Shown one piece after another: positions 15,211-18,495 of a DNA stretch of 18,495 nt. Location of the stretch: positions 1-18,495 of the forward strand of contig JAZGDW010000268.1 in NCBI GenBank assembly GCA_036478295.1, given 5' to 3'. Position numbers and translations under genes: made by a program. Numbering within the stretch: the stretch's first letter is position 1; every line of letters starts with the position of its first letter. Source of the stretch: Candidatus Krumholzibacteriia bacterium (lineage in GTDB: Bacteria > Krumholzibacteriota > Krumholzibacteriia > WVZY01). The notes beneath the pieces were generated by a model that searched no databases, was not told the DNA's origin, and saw only the letters and a program-made list of their open reading frames with translations.

Positions 15211-17565
15211 TCACCGGGCGCGCGCGCCCAACGACCTGACACGAAGCAGAAAGAACGAGAACGCAACGATATAGATGAGCGCGCCAAGATACATGACAAA
15301 GGTAAAACCGTAACGCATGGCAACGAGCACCGTCAGAACCGACGCGGCAACGGAAGTAAAAGAATTGATCGCCCACGCCCACGGAATCAACGGTTCATCA
15401 TCCCCTTCGAGCAGCCGGATCATTGTAGGAAACGGCATACCCATGAAGAAGCTGCCCGGCGCGAGGAGGACCGCGGCAAGGATCACCCGCAGCACCATCG
15501 ACTCCGGCCGTACCAGGGTCAGGACGGCGCTGATCCCGGCGGCGTAGAATACGGCGGCCGCGACGATCGGCAGCCAGATCATGACGGCGGTCCGTGCCCG
15601 CGCGGCCTCGAAGCGCTTGGCGAACATGGCGCCCAGCCCTGAGAAAACGAGGATGGAAAAGAGGGTGACGGTGATCGAGTACGACGGGTGGCCGAGAAAA
15701 AGCACGAGCTTCTGGATCATGCCGATCTCGATGAACATGAAGCCCGCGCCGATCGCGGCGAAGTATCCCAACACCCCGGCGGCCCGCCCGCCCGCGGCTT
15801 TTCCCGGCAGGCGCATACGCAGCATCGGGACGATAATGAGGACCGTCGCAATGACCGTCACCCATAAGAGGATCTTGAAAAGGATACGCCCCGCGAAAGA
15901 ACTGCTGAGGCTCTTGCTGAATTCGTAGAAGAACGGCCGGTCGTCCCACACCGGTGAGAAGTCCGCCTTGCTAGCTGCCATGTATTCGTCCTCACTACCG
16001 GTCTCCACGGTCGCAAAGAACCCCCGCCACATGCCCTCGCTACCCTCGTATCCGGGAAGATACACCACCTCTTCGGGGTAATAGTCCAGAATGCGTTGTT
16101 TTTGCGTGTCCCTCAGCGGCTTCTTGCTCACGAGAACGCTTCGCCATCTGCTCCGTCCGATCTCGCCACGACCGAGGATGGCAAAATGTTCCGCGGGGTT
16201 GGGCACACCCAGGTCACGAAGCACCGATATCGCCGTGGTGATCCCGCGCCACATCTGTAAATGAGGACGAGATACGTAGAGAAAACCGTCTTCGTTCAGA
16301 ATGTTCATGTAATCCTCAAACGCTTCGTGTGTATAAAGATAACTTTCCAGCAATACATGGGCGTTGGAATGCAGCAGCTCGCCCGTATCGACTTCGGTCA
16401 GTGACACCACATCGAACTTGCGTCCGGGGTTGCGCACGTACGTCCTGCCGTCCATCTCCACGACGGTCACGCGGGGATCGTTGTAGAAGTCCTCGAAGTA
16501 TCCGGAGAGCCTCACACGGCCGGCCTCGATCATCAACGGATTGATTTCAACGCCAACGACGGACGCGGCGCCGTGACTCAGGGCGAGAAAAATATCGACG
16601 CCGCCCCCGAACCCGATATTGAGCACTTCGGGTTCCTCGGTCAGAATGTACGCCATTGAGTGACGTGAGTCGCGCACGAAGGCATCCCTTGCCTCCACGT
16701 TGTCACCGAAATCAATCGCCTGGGTCCAGTTGCCCCCGCTCGCGAAAAGGAACTGCACTTTGCAACCCTGGTCGAGCAGCTTTCGAACCGGAGGGCCCCC
16801 GAGCCGGAAATTCTCGATGCCCGCTCCCGGTTTCAGCACATCGACCCGCCCAAGATAACTCCACCGCGACCAGGTGATTTCGGACTCGATCGACGGATCG
16901 TTGATGATCAACGCCATGCCCTTTTCGGACGCCGGGCGAAACCCGTAGAGCTTGTGGCGGAACGGAACAAGAACGACGAGCACGACAATGACGGCGACGG
17001 GCAGCACAAGCTGCCGTCGACCCAGCGTAAGCGCCAGCATCGCCGCCGCAATCAATGAAACCACGGCAATCAGAAACAGTGTGAGGGCAACATCACCGGT
17101 TCCATTCACTATCCACACCAACCCAACACAACCGAGTCCAGAACCCACCAGGTTGATGAAGTACAAGCGATTGGCGCGTGCCGGCCAGGATTTGAAAAGA
17201 TACGCCAGGTAGATGCCAACGAAGACGTAAGGGAGGATCCCAAGAACGATAAGCGCCGGCAGACTCACCGTCCAACTCGATGCGATCGTGGTTACAACCA
17301 GCGTAACAGAGAATGCAACGGCACTCCACCACAGGACGCGAACCGGCAATAGGTTACGCCGCGCGCTCAGCCAGGTGGCGATCGCCCCGCCGCTGCCCAA
17401 ACCGAGCAGGCACAGCGACACCACGAGGAATGCGTTGCGCTCGAGCGCCTGCAGCGACATCGTCATCGTCTGCAGGATCTCGAACATCAGCATCGCCACG
17501 GACACCAATAGAATGGAGATTTCGACGTAGCGGAAGCCAGCGTCCTGCTTTTCTGCGAGTGCCAC
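15211..17565 (-). CDS. Polytopic membrane protein with central spermidine-synthase-like class I SAM-binding domain
   Basis: 7 N-terminal and 7 C-terminal TM segments flank a soluble domain with VLNIGFGGGVD, GVEINP, DGR.YV, KFDVV, ESYLYT.EAF and DDRPFF. GTG at 17565 is 9 nt after GGAG and is preferred to TTG at 17574. Confidence 0.85.
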   Translation of the reverse strand: MALAEKQDAGFRYVEISILLVSVAMLMFEILQTMTMSLQALERNAFLVVSLCLLGLGSGGAIATWLSARRNLLPVRVLWWSAVAFSVTLVVTTIASSWTVSLPALIVLGILPYVFVGIYLAYLFKSWPARANRLYFINLVGSGLGCVGLVWIVNGTGDVALTLFLIAVVSLIAAAMLALTLGRRQLVLPVAVIVVLVVLVPFRHKLYGFRPASEKGMALIINDPSIESEITWSRWSYLGRVDVLKPGAGIENFRLGGPPVRKLLDQGCKVQFLFASGGNWTQAIDFGDNVEARDAFVRDSRHSMAYILTEEPEVLNIGFGGGVDIFLALSHGAASVVGVEINPLMIEAGRVRLSGYFEDFYNDPRVTVVEMDGRTYVRNPGRKFDVVSLTEVDTGELLHSNAHVLLESYLYTHEAFEDYMNILNEDGFLYVSRPHLQMWRGITTAISVLRDLGVPNPAEHFAILGRGEIGRSRWRSVLVSKKPLRDTQKQRILDYYPEEVVYLPGYEGSEGMWRGFFATVETGSEDEYMAASKADFSPVWDDRPFFYEFSKSLSSSFAGRILFKILLWVTVIATVLIIVPMLRMRLPGKAAGGRAAGVLGYFAAIGAGFMFIEIGMIQKLVLFLGHPSYSITVTLFSILVFSGLGAMFAKRFEAARARTAVMIWLPIVAAAVFYAAGISAVLTLVRPESMVLRVILAAVLLAPGSFFMGMPFPTMIRLLEGDDEPLIPWAWAINSFTSVAASVLTVLVAMRYGFTFVMYLGALIYIVAFSFFLLRVRSLGARAR

Positions 17566-17632
17566 GGTATGCAACTCCCGTGCGGGTGCTCTTGCCGTAT
17601 TTTTCGGACGTCAAAAGAGCCGGTAAGCACGT

Positions 17633-17662
17633 AGCGTAGCACGGTGGCATTGGCGTATTCAA
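17633..17662 (-). promoter_or_regulatory. Putative promoter TTGAAT-N18-(TGc)TACGCT for the SAM-domain membrane gene
   Basis: On the minus strand, -35 at 17662-17657 and -10 at 17638-17633, with a TGn extension. Confidence 0.45.
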
Positions 17663-17824
17663 CCTCGATCGGCCCGCCCCGCGTTACGCAGTAGTCTTAC
17701 GCTCGCGAGTCCCGCCGCATGCGGAACGTCGGACGTGTCGTGTACTTTTAACGATGGGATCCAACACGCGAATCCGCTACAATTCACCCGCCATCCTTCG
17801 GCGCCCGGAGGGAGACTTTCCTGC

Positions 17825-18433
17825 ATGTCATACAACGATACGATTAGACCACTCGCCGCGACGATTCTTCTCGCGCTTTACCTGCCGGTCCCGTTCTACC
17901 TGATATCGCTGCATGGCCTCCACCACGTGTGGAAAAAAATGGGCTTGCGCGCGTACGTGTTCGTGCTGGTACCGTACGTGGCGATGGTCGCCGCCGTTGT
18001 CCGCTGGCACGGCTTGTGGCAGTGGCGGGCATGGTCCTGGCCTCCGTGGCTCGCGTGGATGTCCTGCATTCCCCTGGCCGTCGCGGGCTACCTGGCTTTT
18101 TATACGTACCGCACGATCGAGTCGCGCACCCTTCACCTCGCGCGGCAGATCGATCCGCAGGGAGGCCGCTCGCTCATTACGACGGGCGTGTTGGGCCATA
18201 TCCGGCATCCCCGCTATGTCATGTTCACACTGCTCGCGATGGGAAACGTGCTCCTCACCGGCTACCCACTCGTTGCAGCGTCACTCGCCCTGACCACCCC
18301 ACTCCTCTGGGCCACGATACGGCTCGAAGAACGAGAACTGATGGAATACTTCGGAGAGTCCTTCCGGGACTATCGGAAACGAGTGCCCGCGTTTATTCCG
18401 AGACAGTCCACCGGGCGGCGCGACGCCTCTTGA
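17825..18433 (+). CDS. Isoprenylcysteine carboxyl methyltransferase (ICMT/PEMT) family membrane methyltransferase
   Basis: Several TM segments, then LITTG....IRHPRY and EE..L...FGE.F..Y..RVP.FIP. ATG at 17825 is preceded by GGAGGGAG. Confidence 0.88.
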   Translation: MSYNDTIRPLAATILLALYLPVPFYLISLHGLHHVWKKMGLRAYVFVLVPYVAMVAAVVRWHGLWQWRAWSWPPWLAWMSCIPLAVAGYLAFYTYRTIESRTLHLARQIDPQGGRSLITTGVLGHIRHPRYVMFTLLAMGNVLLTGYPLVAASLALTTPLLWATIRLEERELMEYFGESFRDYRKRVPAFIPRQSTGRRDAS

Positions 18434-18495
18434 CGGTCACTGCACGCGCGCGATCTCATTCGCAAATTGATGCTGCAGGTTGTGCGGTTACTTGA

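Noticed and set aside
15211..17565. Calling the gene speE
   Set aside because: Only the SAM-binding motifs match; the catalytic-Asp strand differs and the protein is a 14-TM fusion.
18434..18495. Possible 3' end of a convergent gene at the window edge
   Set aside because: Only 62 nt are available, too little to support a call.

Overview
This is a GC-rich bacterial chromosomal window with 15 supportable CDSs and no rRNA, tRNA, CRISPR array or mobile element that I can see. (i) 1-7401 is a surface-glycan modification locus. A D-glucuronyl C5-epimerase-like gene (5'-truncated) and a double-anchored transglutaminase-like gene on + converge on a minus-strand operon asnB - GT4 - asnB - DUF354. (ii) A lipoprotein of unknown function follows. 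(iii) A three-gene succinate dehydrogenase/fumarate reductase operon resembles mycobacterial Sdh1 ('type F'), with a Cys/His-motif single membrane anchor. A clear sigma70-type promoter precedes it, and a Rex-like operator covers its predicted start site. (iv) A TIGR00725/LOG(SLOG) gene and a macrodomain gene are followed by a large PHP-like (DUF3604-type) probable lipoprotein; the TIGR00725 and PHP-like genes look leaderless. (v) A 14-TM protein with two MFS-like half-repeats around a spermidine-synthase/SAM-fold domain lies back-to-back with an ICMT/PEMT-family membrane methyltransferase. All family calls come from motif recognition by eye; no searches were run.
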